Source: an uncultured Candidatus Saccharibacteria bacterium (GTDB taxonomy: Bacteria; Patescibacteriota; Saccharimonadia; UBA4664; CAZJNH01). From it: a DNA stretch of 64,000 bases. Below the pieces are notes generated by a model. The model was not told the origin of the DNA and did not search any database. It worked only from the letters and a program-made list of their open reading frames with translations. Location of the stretch: positions 4,981-68,980 of the forward strand of contig CAZJNH010000007.1 of assembly GCA_964547425.1 (NCBI GenBank), given 5' to 3'. Of this stretch, positions 46,377 through 55,577 are shown piece by piece; within the stretch, counting starts at the first letter, position 1, and each line of letters opens with the position of its first letter. Position numbers and translations under genes: made by a program.

Positions 46377-46997
46377 TTACTTGAGTTCGACGGTGGCGCC
46401 GGCGGCTTCAAGCTTGGCTTTGGCTTCGTCGGCCTCGGCCTTGGGCAGGTTTTCCTTGACGGTCTTAGGCGCGCCATCAACTAAGGCTTTGGATTCAGCT
46501 AACCCTAGTCCGGTAATTTCCCGAACAGCTTTGATGACGTTGATCTTCTGGTCGCCAGAGGCAGAGAGCACTACAGTGTAGGCGCTCTTCTCTTCAGCGG
46601 CCTCTTCACCGCCACCAGCGGCGGCCGGGCCGGCAGCCATAGCAACAGGCGCGGCAGACACACCAAAGTGGTCTTCTAGTACTTTAACTAGTTCGGAGAG
46701 TTCGAGCACGGTCAGTTTTTCGATATCTTTAACTAAGTCTTTGAATTTAGCCGGAACTTCGCCCTTTGGCTTGTCGGCTTTCTTCTCTTCAACCTTCTCG
46801 GCCTTAGCTTCCGCAGCTTCGTGCTTTTCGACGGCTTCAGCGACTTCCTCAACCTTCTCTTCCGCAACTTCAGCCGCGGCTTCGGCAGGAGTGTCTTCGG
46901 CTTTTTCTTCAGCCACTTCGGCGGCTTCCTTAGCCTCTTCTACGGCTTCAGTTACTTCCTCTTTAGTCTCTTCTACTTTCTTCTCGTCGTCTGCCAT
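46377..46997 (-). CDS. rplL: 50S ribosomal protein bL12 with long acidic N-terminal extension
   Basis: [47 protein letters not shown]. Confidence 0.96.
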   Translation of the reverse strand: MADDEKKVEETKEEVTEAVEEAKEAAEVAEEKAEDTPAEAAAEVAEEKVEEVAEAVEKHEAAEAKAEKVEEKKADKPKGEVPAKFKDLVKDIEKLTVLELSELVKVLEDHFGVSAAPVAMAAGPAAAGGGEEAAEEKSAYTVVLSASGDQKINVIKAVREITGLGLAESKALVDGAPKTVKENLPKAEADEAKAKLEAAGATVELK

Positions 46998-47012
46998 AAT
47001 GATTCCTTTCTA

Positions 47013-47537
47013 TTATTTGGCCGTTGTGGCCTTTAAGACGTTAATTAATCCACTTAAATTGCCGGATAGTACGCGGTTGAAGCCTTGGATCGGCGCGGAA
47101 ATGGTTGCTACCAGCTGGCCAAGCAATTGGTCCTTGGTCGGCAATACGGCTAAGGCTTTAACTTGAGCCGGCTCTAGATATTCGCCGTCACCGGTCAGGG
47201 CGCCGGTAATTTCCAGCGCTTCGTGGGTTTTACCGAAGTTGTAGATCAGCCGAGCGGCCGCTACTTCATCGTCATAACCAAACGCAATGGCCAGGGGGCC
47301 CTGGAACGCATCCGCGTCCATCTCTTTTAGGGCGCCGGTTTGTTTAGCAGCCAACTTCAAAAGAGTGTTTTTGGTGACCCGGTAAGGGATCGCTTCGGCT
47401 GAAAGCTGATCGCGCAGTTCGTCGAGCTCCGCCACGGTTAATCCACGGTAGTCGGTTAAAACAGCCAGCTTAATTTTGCCGAGATCCTCGACTAGCTGGG
47501 TGACCGACTGCTCTTTTTGCTCGCGTGATTTGGCCAT
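47013..47537 (-). CDS. rplJ: 50S ribosomal protein uL10
   Basis: MAKSREQK, DYRGLTV....LR, KNTL, LA.LP....L; likely start ATG 47537. Confidence 0.96.
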   Translation of the reverse strand: MAKSREQKEQSVTQLVEDLGKIKLAVLTDYRGLTVAELDELRDQLSAEAIPYRVTKNTLLKLAAKQTGALKEMDADAFQGPLAIAFGYDDEVAAARLIYNFGKTHEALEITGALTGDGEYLEPAQVKALAVLPTKDQLLGQLVATISAPIQGFNRVLSGNLSGLINVLKATTAK

Positions 47538-47544
47538 TAAAAAA

Positions 47545-47650
47545 TCCTTGGCAATTGCCAAAGACATACAAGGTTTCGCGAAACGCGATGTTGTTAGCCT
47601 CGGTAGCAAATTAAGTCTTGCGACGGCTACTGTCTTTGGCGACCAAGAAA
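47545..47650 (-). ncRNA. L10 leader (rplJ-rplL autoregulatory RNA)
   Basis: GCCAAAGACAGTAGC...TTAA...GCTACCGAGG...TGTCTTTGGC closing stem directly upstream of rplJ. Confidence 0.8.
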
Positions 47651-47687
47651 TGTTATCAAATCAATCTGGACGCGTCAATAACTAAGA

Positions 47688-47717
47688 GGAGCCCACGACC
47701 TTATCGGTCGGGGCTCC
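47688..47717. terminator. Hairpin ending the tmk-thyX unit
   Basis: GGAGCCC.CGACC-TTATC-GGTCG.GGGCTCC. Confidence 0.65.
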
Positions 47718-47728
47718 AATGAAACTTG

Positions 47729-49309
47729 TTACGGCGTCAGCTGCTCGAGCTTGAACTGTGTCGCTCGCTCAGCGGCCATCCGCGTCAACTCCGGACTTTC
47801 TTCGAAGTTAACCATCATCAGGCTGGCGAAGATCGGATGAACGTCGGCCACCAAGCGGTGCATCTTCTGGAAAATCCGCCTGTAGCCTGGATGTCCAGCC
47901 GGCTGCGTCCGAAGCTCCACCATATGGAACAGCGAACGCAGGTTGGTGATGAACCGGTATGGCATCCGGTTTCCCAACAGTGTCGCGTACTGCGCCTCGG
48001 CCTCGAACCCAGCGGCAAAGAGCCGCCAGTAAAGGTCGTGCGAGACGTCGAAACAGAGCTTGAAGTCGGTCGCCAGGCCGGCTTCTTTGACCAGCTCCGG
48101 GATCTCGTACCCATAGTACGGCGTCAGCCGCTGCCACTCGAACGCGTCGACCATCCGGTGGCGCTGGATGTCGCGGAAGGTGCCGTAGTCGGCTGTGATC
48201 TGCCACTCGTAGTGCGCCTTCTCGATCCCTCGCCCCGGCTTATGCCGCCTATTCAGCCGTTCGCCGATGTAGGCCCGAATGACCTCTTCGCGCCGATCGT
48301 CTGTCCAGCCGGCGACCGCGGCTCGGATCTGGTCGAGAGGTTTGTCACTCGCCTCGAACAGCAACTCCGGCACGAGGTCCAACTCGTCCTTCGGCCAACG
48401 GTCGAGCAGTATCACTTCCGCCGCGTTGGTGCGTTCCTCTGGCAGCCAGGCTTTTGCCAGCTCGCGCAAATTGCGCTTGGTGGTGGCCTTGTAGGCGGTG
48501 ATTGCCCCACCCCGGTCAGGCATGTCGGTACGTTCAAGGAACACACCGATCACCTGCCGAGCGGCTTCGAGGATCTGCTGTCCGACGGCCCGGAACTCGA
48601 CGAGATCGTCGCCCAGCAGCCGCATGATCAAGTAATCGACCATTTGGGCGGAGCCGAATATCCCCACCGTCGACTTGGTCGCAACCGGCAGCACCGGCCG
48701 GATCGCGTCGCAGGCCTGGGCGCGTGTCGCTCCCATCCAGGCCACTCGCTTCTCGTCGCCTTGTGGGTGCTTCCGGCGGACATATTCAGCCAACTCACGT
48801 ACCATCTTCGAGTAAAGCTTGAAGATGGTATCAATCGACTCGTTGTAGTCCGCGGTCAACTCACCGAGGTTCGGTGGTGTGTAGTACTTGAAGTTGCCCT
48901 TGGCGTCCTGCTGATCGAAGAAGATGTAGCGGGTCGACTGCTCGAGGTACGAACCCGGCCTTCCCCACTCCAACGCCTTGGTCAGTAGGTTCGACGCGTC
49001 TTCGACGACGAACTGCAGGCCAGCCAGCTGCTGGACGGAGTCGTCGCCATAAGCGGTGATGACTCGGCGCAGTAAGCCCTCAACCTTGTCCTCTTCGGTC
49101 GAGGCGAACTCTTCGAGAATGATCTCGCGAAGGTCGCTACCACGCCTTGAGAGGCGAGCCATGGCTGCCGCCACCATCATCGGTGAAGCGTTTTGGTTGA
49201 ACGCGTACACCTGTGATGTTGGGCTGGTCACGATCTCTGAAAGATACTTATGACCCTCCTCCGTTACAACGAGGTGGTCACCATCCTCCTTCAAGTATGG
49301 GTTGCTCAC
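47729..49309 (-). CDS. thyX: FAD-dependent thymidylate synthase, double-domain ThyX (Chlamydia/CPR type)
   Basis: A.MARLSR, YGDDSV.QL, YLEQSTRYI, FRDIQRHR, ELRT.P.GHP.YR. Confidence 0.9.
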   Translation of the reverse strand: MSNPYLKEDGDHLVVTEEGHKYLSEIVTSPTSQVYAFNQNASPMMVAAAMARLSRRGSDLREIILEEFASTEEDKVEGLLRRVITAYGDDSVQQLAGLQFVVEDASNLLTKALEWGRPGSYLEQSTRYIFFDQQDAKGNFKYYTPPNLGELTADYNESIDTIFKLYSKMVRELAEYVRRKHPQGDEKRVAWMGATRAQACDAIRPVLPVATKSTVGIFGSAQMVDYLIMRLLGDDLVEFRAVGQQILEAARQVIGVFLERTDMPDRGGAITAYKATTKRNLRELAKAWLPEERTNAAEVILLDRWPKDELDLVPELLFEASDKPLDQIRAAVAGWTDDRREEVIRAYIGERLNRRHKPGRGIEKAHYEWQITADYGTFRDIQRHRMVDAFEWQRLTPYYGYEIPELVKEAGLATDFKLCFDVSHDLYWRLFAAGFEAEAQYATLLGNRMPYRFITNLRSLFHMVELRTQPAGHPGYRRIFQKMHRLVADVHPIFASLMMVNFEESPELTRMAAERATQFKLEQLTP

Positions 49310-49932
49310 TTCGCCTCCTCAAGTAGTGGTTCGATGTGTTGCCAGACCAGCTCGAAGACTTCTTCGATCGTGCCACTCGCTTCGATCTTCGGCAGATCGC
49401 GGCGGTGAGCTTCGTACTCGTAGCCGAGGATCAGGCGCTGAAGTTCGAGGCTGGACTCGAAGTAGTCAGCCTCCTCATTGCGCTTGGCCATGCGATCTTT
49501 AGCTACATCCCATGGCACTATCAGCACCAGCTCGAGGTCGGGCAGGATGCCGACGTACTCGTGAAGCTCTTCGTCGACGAGCTTGATCAGGGTTCGATCG
49601 ATCCCCTCCGCGAAGCTTTGGTACACGAAGGTCGACAGGCGGTTGCGGTCGCACACCACCCATTCTCCAGCATCGACGTGGCGCTTGATGGTGGTCAAGG
49701 CTTCCACCCGCGCGGCGTTGAACAACATGACGTTCGTCAGCGCCTGTCTTGGTATTGAGTTGGCCTTGAGGATTCGTCGGATCTCATCACCCATCAGCGT
49801 ATTGCCGCCGGGTTCGTAGACCGACACCGCTCGCTTCCCTCTGCGCTCAAGCGCCGCGATGACTCGTTTGACCTGCTCAGTCTTGCCGGCACCGTCGGTG
49901 CCTTCCAGCACGATATAGCGGCCGCGCGACAT
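49306..49932 (-). CDS. tmk: Thymidylate kinase
   Basis: IVLEG.DGAGKT, EPGG, LFNAAR, V.CDR...ST..YQ, PD. Confidence 0.93.
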   Translation of the reverse strand: MSRGRYIVLEGTDGAGKTEQVKRVIAALERRGKRAVSVYEPGGNTLMGDEIRRILKANSIPRQALTNVMLFNAARVEALTTIKRHVDAGEWVVCDRNRLSTFVYQSFAEGIDRTLIKLVDEELHEYVGILPDLELVLIVPWDVAKDRMAKRNEEADYFESSLELQRLILGYEYEAHRRDLPKIEASGTIEEVFELVWQHIEPLLEEAK

Positions 49933-49996
49933 TAATTACCCCCTTGTGAAGTTGCGAACTACCGCCCCTATTCCAGACTAGATTAGCACATAAAAC

Positions 49997-50674
49997 CTAA
50001 AGAGGTTTTGGGGTGGAACGTTTGTCGGTGTAAGCCCGGGGCAACATTTGCTCAGGCTTCCAACTTTTGATAATGGCTTTAATTTCGCCGCTGGTTTGGT
50101 ACTTGCCGGTTTTGCCGTAATGGCGTTTCACCTCCCCGGTTTGGTGAAAAATAATCTGTGCGACGCGCTCCCCGACCGGGAGCGGCACGCTTTTGTGCTG
50201 GTTGAGGTTGTAGACCTCCATCGTCCATCGGTTGATGTAGCCAGGGTCACCCCAGCCCGCGTCGAAACAGCTGGAAATGCCGTTGCGGCCCCAGCTGGAG
50301 CGGGCGCGCATTTCGGTAGTGCCGGGAGGATTGATGCCTATAAATTCGTGGGTGTGCGCCAAGATTCTTTCCCCGGGGCGTAAGACAATAATCGGATGCT
50401 TTTTGCCGATGCCCTTAAACAGCTGATGGCCGTATTTCTTACACCAGTCTTCGTGGGGAATTGCCCGCAGAGCCTTGCCGAAGTAACGGTTAACTTGAGC
50501 CTCATCGAACGGGTTGTAGTAGTCGTAGTTGTTGGGGCTTTCGGTTAGGAAAAACCATTCACCCAAAGTAACGTCAACGCTTGAGCCGCGGATATTTTCA
50601 TCCACAAGCGGATGGATGACGATGTGCCCTGTCTTGAGGGCTGCCTTAATTTCTTGGTCGCTAAATACAGCCAT
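49997..50674 (-). CDS. dcd: dCTP deaminase
   Basis: SVDVTLG, LAHTHEFIG, ARSSWGR.G, AGWGDPGY..RWTME, GER.AQ, KYQ. Confidence 0.9.
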   Translation of the reverse strand: MAVFSDQEIKAALKTGHIVIHPLVDENIRGSSVDVTLGEWFFLTESPNNYDYYNPFDEAQVNRYFGKALRAIPHEDWCKKYGHQLFKGIGKKHPIIVLRPGERILAHTHEFIGINPPGTTEMRARSSWGRNGISSCFDAGWGDPGYINRWTMEVYNLNQHKSVPLPVGERVAQIIFHQTGEVKRHYGKTGKYQTSGEIKAIIKSWKPEQMLPRAYTDKRSTPKPL

Positions 50675-50718
50675 AATGCCCTCTGATTATACCTAAAGTG
50701 CTTCCAGATAAAAGTTGC

Positions 50719-50748
50719 GTGGCCGGGGACGTCTTCATCCCCGGCCAC
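50719..50748. terminator. Hairpin between ndk-dut and dcd
   Basis: GTGGCCGGGGA...TCCCCGGCCAC. Confidence 0.65.
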
Positions 50749-50752
50749 AGAG

Positions 50753-51757
50753 TTAGGCTCGAAAGCCTGTTGAACCGAAACCTCCGGCCGCCCTTTCAGT
50801 CTCACCAAGCTCATCATAGTCGTCAACGACTATGATCTCCGGGTGCTTAACCGGCTCGAACATTACTTGGATAATCCGGTCGTGTTGCATGACATCGAAC
50901 GGGTCGACACCGTGGTTGATCAGGTCGACGCCGGCCTCCCCGCGATAGTCGGAGTCAACCGTACCCGGTGCGTTGCTATTGGTGAGGGCGAAAACGGTCG
51001 ACAGGCCGCTGCGTGGGGTCAGCCAGTAGACCATATGCTTAGGGAAGGAGGTCGCGAACCCAACACCGACTAGGACCTTCTCTTTTGGCGGCAGGCGGTA
51101 CGACCAGCTGAAACCTTCACCGTCGGGATTGGGTACCGGCACAACGTGGCCAAGGACTCGCGGATCGTCGGGACGGTGCTTGAAATCAAACATCGTCTTG
51201 CGCCAGCGTGGATCCTTGGGATCCATGATCTCCTTGTGCACGATCGCACGGGTATGACCGTCCAGAGCAGCAGAGCCCTCGGTTTTGCGGATCGGCAGAC
51301 GGCCGCCCGGTAGCACCCACATCTTGACGGTGTGTTTGTATTTACCGAACCACAGTTCAATTTCGCGTTGCGCAGCTGCTGCCGAGTCGGAGGCGTGAAC
51401 GAGATTCCGTGGCCCTCCACTAGTGTCGTCGCATAGATCCCCGCGGATGGTTCCTGATTCCGCCTTCTTGGGATCCGTTGCTCCGATCAGGTCTCTCGCC
51501 CTCTTCACGGCGTATTCACCCTGGAGCTCGACGGCGTATAGCGGTTCACGGATCATGAACCCGACGAGGTCGTCGAAGAAGGGCTTGTCTTCATGCTCGG
51601 CATAATGCGACTCGATCTTTTCGAGAGCCGCCAGCACCTTCTTTGACCTAACTACCAGAAGGCCTGCTTCGGCAAATCTCATTACGATCTCGCGTGTCAT
51701 CCCGGCGGCTACAGCGTCGGGCTTAATCAAGACTAACGTCCGCTGGGTCTTCAACAC
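50753..51757 (-). CDS. Nucleoside-diphosphate kinase / dUTPase fusion protein
   Basis: N-terminal RTLVLIKPDAV, HYAEH..KPFF, GTIRGD, NLVHASDS; C-terminal GSAALD, PRSG, GTVDSDYRGE, DRIIQ, R..GGFGSTG. Confidence 0.9.
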   Translation of the reverse strand: MLKTQRTLVLIKPDAVAAGMTREIVMRFAEAGLLVVRSKKVLAALEKIESHYAEHEDKPFFDDLVGFMIREPLYAVELQGEYAVKRARDLIGATDPKKAESGTIRGDLCDDTSGGPRNLVHASDSAAAAQREIELWFGKYKHTVKMWVLPGGRLPIRKTEGSAALDGHTRAIVHKEIMDPKDPRWRKTMFDFKHRPDDPRVLGHVVPVPNPDGEGFSWSYRLPPKEKVLVGVGFATSFPKHMVYWLTPRSGLSTVFALTNSNAPGTVDSDYRGEAGVDLINHGVDPFDVMQHDRIIQVMFEPVKHPEIIVVDDYDELGETERAAGGFGSTGFRA

Positions 51758-51775
51758 AGCTCCTTAGGGTCGACT

Positions 51776-51808
51776 AAAAAAGAACAAAGCGGCTCACTGC
51801 CGCCTTGT
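51776..51808 (-). terminator. Intrinsic terminator-like hairpin with U-tract between rplA and ndk-dut
   Basis: Minus strand ACAAGGCGGC-AGTGA-GCCGCTTTGT-TCTTTTTT. Confidence 0.55.
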
Positions 51809-51846
51809 CGCCCATTCTAAATTCTTTGAAACTTATCCGCAAACCA

Positions 51847-51931
51847 AAAACCTTGTATTTCGCCTATCTGAAAAGGGTTACACCCTTAACAGATTAGGAA
51901 ATTACATGTTTTGAGAAATTTTTGAGTCAAA
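51847..51931. repeat. Dispersed palindromic repeat, copy 2
   Basis: Core AAGGGTTACACCCTT 51873-51887 in an imperfect hairpin; TTTGAGTCAAA 51921-51931 next to the rplA stop. Confidence 0.85.
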
Positions 51932-51935
51932 TAGG

Positions 51936-52790
51936 TTATTTGTGGAGGTCGGCGAGGAGTTTGTGGGCGTCGAGTTTGACCGATGGGCCCATTGTGCTAG
52001 CGAGTGAAATGTTGAGGATATAAGTGCCTTTGGAGCCGGCCGGTTTGGCGGTTTGGAGGGCGGCAACGACTGCTTTAACGTTGTCGGCGAGATTTTTGTC
52101 GGCAAAGCTAACTTTGCCGACCGACTGGTGGACGATTGCTTGTTTGTCGATGCGAAGCTCTACTTTGCCACTTTTGATTTCTTTTTCAGCCTTTGCGAGG
52201 TCTGCCGTGACGGTGCCGCTCTTGGGGTTAGGCATTAAACCTTTGGGACCGAGTACCTTTGCCACTTTAGCCAGTTTTGGCATCATATCTGGGGTGGTGA
52301 TTAAGATATCGAAGTCGATTTTGCCTTTTTCGATTTCGGCGATGGCTTTCTCACCTTCGGCGCCAGATTTCACGATCTTTACGGTCGGGGTTTTGGCGCT
52401 GCCGCCGGGAAGTACGACGCTGGTCCGGACGATCTGGTCGGATTGCTGTGGGTCAACGCCAAGATTAACGTGAATGTCGATACTCGAATCGAACTTGGTA
52501 GTTGCGGTCTTTTTGACTAAATCAATTCCAGCCGCTAGCTCGTAAGCTTCGGCTTTGTCGATTAACTCAACGACTTTGCGGTAGTTTTTGCCGCGTTTGT
52601 CGAAAGGCGTTTTGACGGCCTTCTCGGCTGCCGCCTTGGCTTTTTCCGAAGTGGAAATGGTTTTTTTAGCCTCACTAGCCTTAGCTTTTTCGGAAGTTGA
52701 GACCTTCTTTTTCTCCGGTTTGGCTTCAGCGGGAATGATGGCTTGCTCGGTATTGTCTTCGGCTGGTGAAACGGCCCTTTTCGCTGCCAT
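51936..52790 (-). CDS. rplA: 50S ribosomal protein uL1 with N-terminal extension
   Basis: KFD.S, LGVDP...DQ.VR, LGPKGLMPNPK.GTVT, STMGP. Confidence 0.96.
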   Translation of the reverse strand: MAAKRAVSPAEDNTEQAIIPAEAKPEKKKVSTSEKAKASEAKKTISTSEKAKAAAEKAVKTPFDKRGKNYRKVVELIDKAEAYELAAGIDLVKKTATTKFDSSIDIHVNLGVDPQQSDQIVRTSVVLPGGSAKTPTVKIVKSGAEGEKAIAEIEKGKIDFDILITTPDMMPKLAKVAKVLGPKGLMPNPKSGTVTADLAKAEKEIKSGKVELRIDKQAIVHQSVGKVSFADKNLADNVKAVVAALQTAKPAGSKGTYILNISLASTMGPSVKLDAHKLLADLHK

Positions 52791-53233
52791 TACTTAGTTC
52801 CACCTTCAACTTCAACGCCCATAGAACGGGCGGTTCCGGCAATCACTTTAAAAGCCGCGTCGGGGTTTTTTGCGTTCAAATCCGGCATCTTCACTTGGGC
52901 AATCTCATTAATCTGCCCTTTAGTCAGCTTGGCGACCTTTTCTTTGTGCGGCACACCGCTCCCCTTTTCGATTCGAGCGGCTTTGCGGATTAGATCGGCC
53001 GTCGGTGGGGTTTTGGTAATAAAATCAAAGCTCCGGTCTTCATAGATCGTAATCTCAACCGGCACCAGATTGTCACCCAGCCCCTTGGTCTGGTCGTTAA
53101 AAGGGTTAATGAAGTCCATCATGTTAACGCCGTGCTGGCCCAAAGAGGAACCAACCGGAGGTGCGGGCGTGGCTTTGCCGGCCATTACCCTGAACTTTAC
53201 CTTAGCTTTAATTTTTTTTACTTCTTTTGCCAT
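52790..53233 (-). CDS. rplK: 50S ribosomal protein uL11
   Basis: [44 protein letters not shown]. Confidence 0.98.
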   Translation of the reverse strand: MAKEVKKIKAKVKFRVMAGKATPAPPVGSSLGQHGVNMMDFINPFNDQTKGLGDNLVPVEITIYEDRSFDFITKTPPTADLIRKAARIEKGSGVPHKEKVAKLTKGQINEIAQVKMPDLNAKNPDAAFKVIAGTARSMGVEVEGGTK

Positions 53234-53235
53234 GT

Positions 53236-53820
53236 CTATAATTTCTTTACCTGCAGGCTATCGAGCTCAACCGGTGTTTCCCGGCCAAACATGTTAACCA
53301 GCACTTTAATTTTGCCTTTGTTCTCGTCAATCTCGTTAACTTGGCCGTCAAAGCCCTTGAATGGACCGTCGGTGATGTTAACCGACTCTCCAATCGAGAA
53401 ATCGATCTTGTACTTCGGTTCTTCAACGCCCATTCTTTTCTGAATATGGCGAACCTCGTCGGCGTCCATCGGGATCGGTGTAGTGCCCGAACCGACGAAG
53501 CCGGTAACGTTTGGGGTGTTGCGAACGACGTACCAGGAGTCCTCGTCCACCGACATTTGGACCAATACATAACCTGGAAAAATGCGTTTCTCAACGATTT
53601 TTCGGCGTCCGTTTTTGATTTCAATCTGGTTTTCCTTTGGCACGATAACGTCAAAGATCTTGTTGGCCATTCCCATCGTCTCAATCCGTTGGCGCAGGTT
53701 TTCGGCGACTCGGTCTTCGTACCCCGAATAGGTATGGATGACGTACCAGCTTTGGTCCTTGTTAGGATCCTTCGCCGGTACAGCCGGAGCTTCTTCAGCT
53801 GTTTCAACTTTTTTAGCCAT
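53236..53820 (-). CDS. nusG: Transcription termination/antitermination factor NusG
   Basis: [48 protein letters not shown]. Confidence 0.98.
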   Translation of the reverse strand: MAKKVETAEEAPAVPAKDPNKDQSWYVIHTYSGYEDRVAENLRQRIETMGMANKIFDVIVPKENQIEIKNGRRKIVEKRIFPGYVLVQMSVDEDSWYVVRNTPNVTGFVGSGTTPIPMDADEVRHIQKRMGVEEPKYKIDFSIGESVNITDGPFKGFDGQVNEIDENKGKIKVLVNMFGRETPVELDSLQVKKL

Positions 53821-54004
53821 GGAAAACGACCTTTTGAATTACGCGAGCGAATCCCCAGTCAACCGCGCCGATGAAGGTTGAGACGACTAAGGAAAAAACG
53901 ATAACGATTATCGTTAGGCTAATAATCTGCTGGCGGTTGGGCCAGGTAACCTTTGATAGCTCAGCGAACGAGCTCTTAAAGTAATCGGTGACTTTATTGA
54001 ACAT
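53813..54004 (-). CDS. secE: Preprotein translocase subunit SecE
   Basis: EL.KVTWP plus a single TM; upstream of nusG. Confidence 0.93.
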   Translation of the reverse strand: MFNKVTDYFKSSFAELSKVTWPNRQQIISLTIIVIVFSLVVSTFIGAVDWGFARVIQKVVFHG

Positions 54005-54034
54005 TTTTCCTCAACCTAAAAAAGCCGGGCGGCT

Positions 54035-55051
54035 TCAGGAGTCAATTCTAGCGTGTTTGAGGCGCTGTTTCAAGAGTTTTAGGACGGCGACCTCGGCTTC
54101 GCCCAAAAGCTCATGTTCGGGGAGCTTTAGCAGCCGGTCGATTTCGCGCAAATAGGATGAAATAGTTTGTCCATCTAGATAGAAATCAATTACCCGGGGA
54201 TCGATGTATGACGCCCTGGCGATAGCCGGAGTATTGCCCAGCTTCTCGGAGACGGTTTTAACGGCTTGAGTAATGTTTCGTTTGGCAGCGGTTTCGGAGG
54301 CGGCGATGCCCAGCTCAGCCAAGGCGACGGCGGCAATCAATGTCCCTGCCCAGGTACGGAAGTCCTTTGCGGAGAAATCGTACCCCATGACTTCCTTGAT
54401 GTAGTCGTTAAGATCATCACTATGAACGTCCCTAAGCTCCCCGTCGTCATGGTAGTACTTGAATATATGGTAACCAGGCAGTTCGTCGAGTTCGGACACT
54501 ACCCGCGCCAATGTCTTATCGATCACCTCCCGTTCGTTATCCTTATGGCTTTTTCCAACGTAATGGAAAATCAAGCGGTCGCCCTCTATTTGCAGGTGCT
54601 TGTGGCGCAAAGTTGTTAATCCGTAGGTTTGGTTTTCCTTCTCGTAAACTTCGTTACCCACTCGAAAATAGGCGGCATCGATTAGCCGCACCATGCAGGC
54701 CAAAACCTTTTCGCGGTTCAGCTCCTTTACTCTAAGATGCTGGCCGGTTACCTTACGCATCATTGGCAGGCCGTTGGCAAACGCCAATATGCGGTCGAAC
54801 TTCTCTTTTTCCTGATGCGCGCGGTAGGTCGGGTTGTAGATATACTGCTTTCGGCCGGCGTCGTCATAGCCGGTAACCAGTATCTTCGAGTGAGGGTGAG
54901 ACGAAATCTCGACTTCCGTCCAGGCAGGCGGAATCGCCAGCCCTTCGATGTATTCCAAGACCTTTGAGTCTTTAACCGCGCCACCGCCGGAGGTCTCGTA
55001 TTTAAACCCTTTTCCGTGCTTAACCCGGTGAATATGGCCTTTGTCAGCCAC
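54035..55051 (-). CDS. DNA topoisomerase IB (bacterial/poxvirus-like)
   Basis: LAIPPAW, G.D.AGRKQY.Y, RVGNE.Y, GLTTL, GKS, KDFRTW, LGNTPA.AR.SYI.P (catalytic Tyr). Confidence 0.95.
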   Translation of the reverse strand: MADKGHIHRVKHGKGFKYETSGGGAVKDSKVLEYIEGLAIPPAWTEVEISSHPHSKILVTGYDDAGRKQYIYNPTYRAHQEKEKFDRILAFANGLPMMRKVTGQHLRVKELNREKVLACMVRLIDAAYFRVGNEVYEKENQTYGLTTLRHKHLQIEGDRLIFHYVGKSHKDNEREVIDKTLARVVSELDELPGYHIFKYYHDDGELRDVHSDDLNDYIKEVMGYDFSAKDFRTWAGTLIAAVALAELGIAASETAAKRNITQAVKTVSEKLGNTPAIARASYIDPRVIDFYLDGQTISSYLREIDRLLKLPEHELLGEAEVAVLKLLKQRLKHARIDS

Positions 55052-55154
55052 AGCCGGTGCCTACTTATCCCCAGTTATTTTGTGCATTGTTCCAATAATA
55101 ACTGAATCGTGTTTGCTGTTTCGTACCATTAGCTTTATTTTACAGCATAAACGG

Positions 55155-55183
55155 AAAACTCCGCACCGTGTGTGGTGCGGAGT
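55155..55183. terminator. Hairpin terminator after the 55204 ORF
   Basis: ACTCCGCACC-GTGTGT-GGTGCGGAGT with a U-tract on the minus strand. Confidence 0.65.
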
Positions 55184-55203
55184 CTCCCCGAGTTGGGTGG
55201 TAG

Positions 55204-55524
55204 CTAGGTGGCGATCTCGACGTCGGCGAGGTCGTGTCTTACCAGGAGTTCGATCAACCAGTCTTTGAAACCGGCTTCTCGGAGGCGGTGGGCCCAGGCC
55301 AGGTAGACGAAACAGGTGATAAGAGACAGCGAGCTGGCGGCCACCATCATCACCGGCGGAATCCAGTTCGGGTTGTACCAGGCGAGGTTCGCGTGATCGA
55401 CCGCAACGTAGCTCTTGTCGAGAACGATAGCGGACAGAACCGCCGCCGGCACGATGCGCAGGAGGCCCCAGACATACCGGGCGAACCGGATCTTGCCTTC
55501 GCTGATCTTGATCGTGATGATCAT
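55204..55524 (-). CDS. Small two-TM orphan protein
   Basis: ATG 55524 after GAGGAAAGGG; own promoter and terminator. Confidence 0.55.
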   Translation of the reverse strand: MIITIKISEGKIRFARYVWGLLRIVPAAVLSAIVLDKSYVAVDHANLAWYNPNWIPPVMMVAASSLSLITCFVYLAWAHRLREAGFKDWLIELLVRHDLADVEIAT

Positions 55525-55577
55525 TTGCACCCTTTCCTCGGGGGATCTTGCAACTCTCTTGAGTTGAACAAGGCAAC

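Noticed and set aside
47726-48988. 420-aa plus-strand ORF
   Set aside because: Antisense shadow of thyX, expected from its GC-rich codon bias; no recognisable motifs
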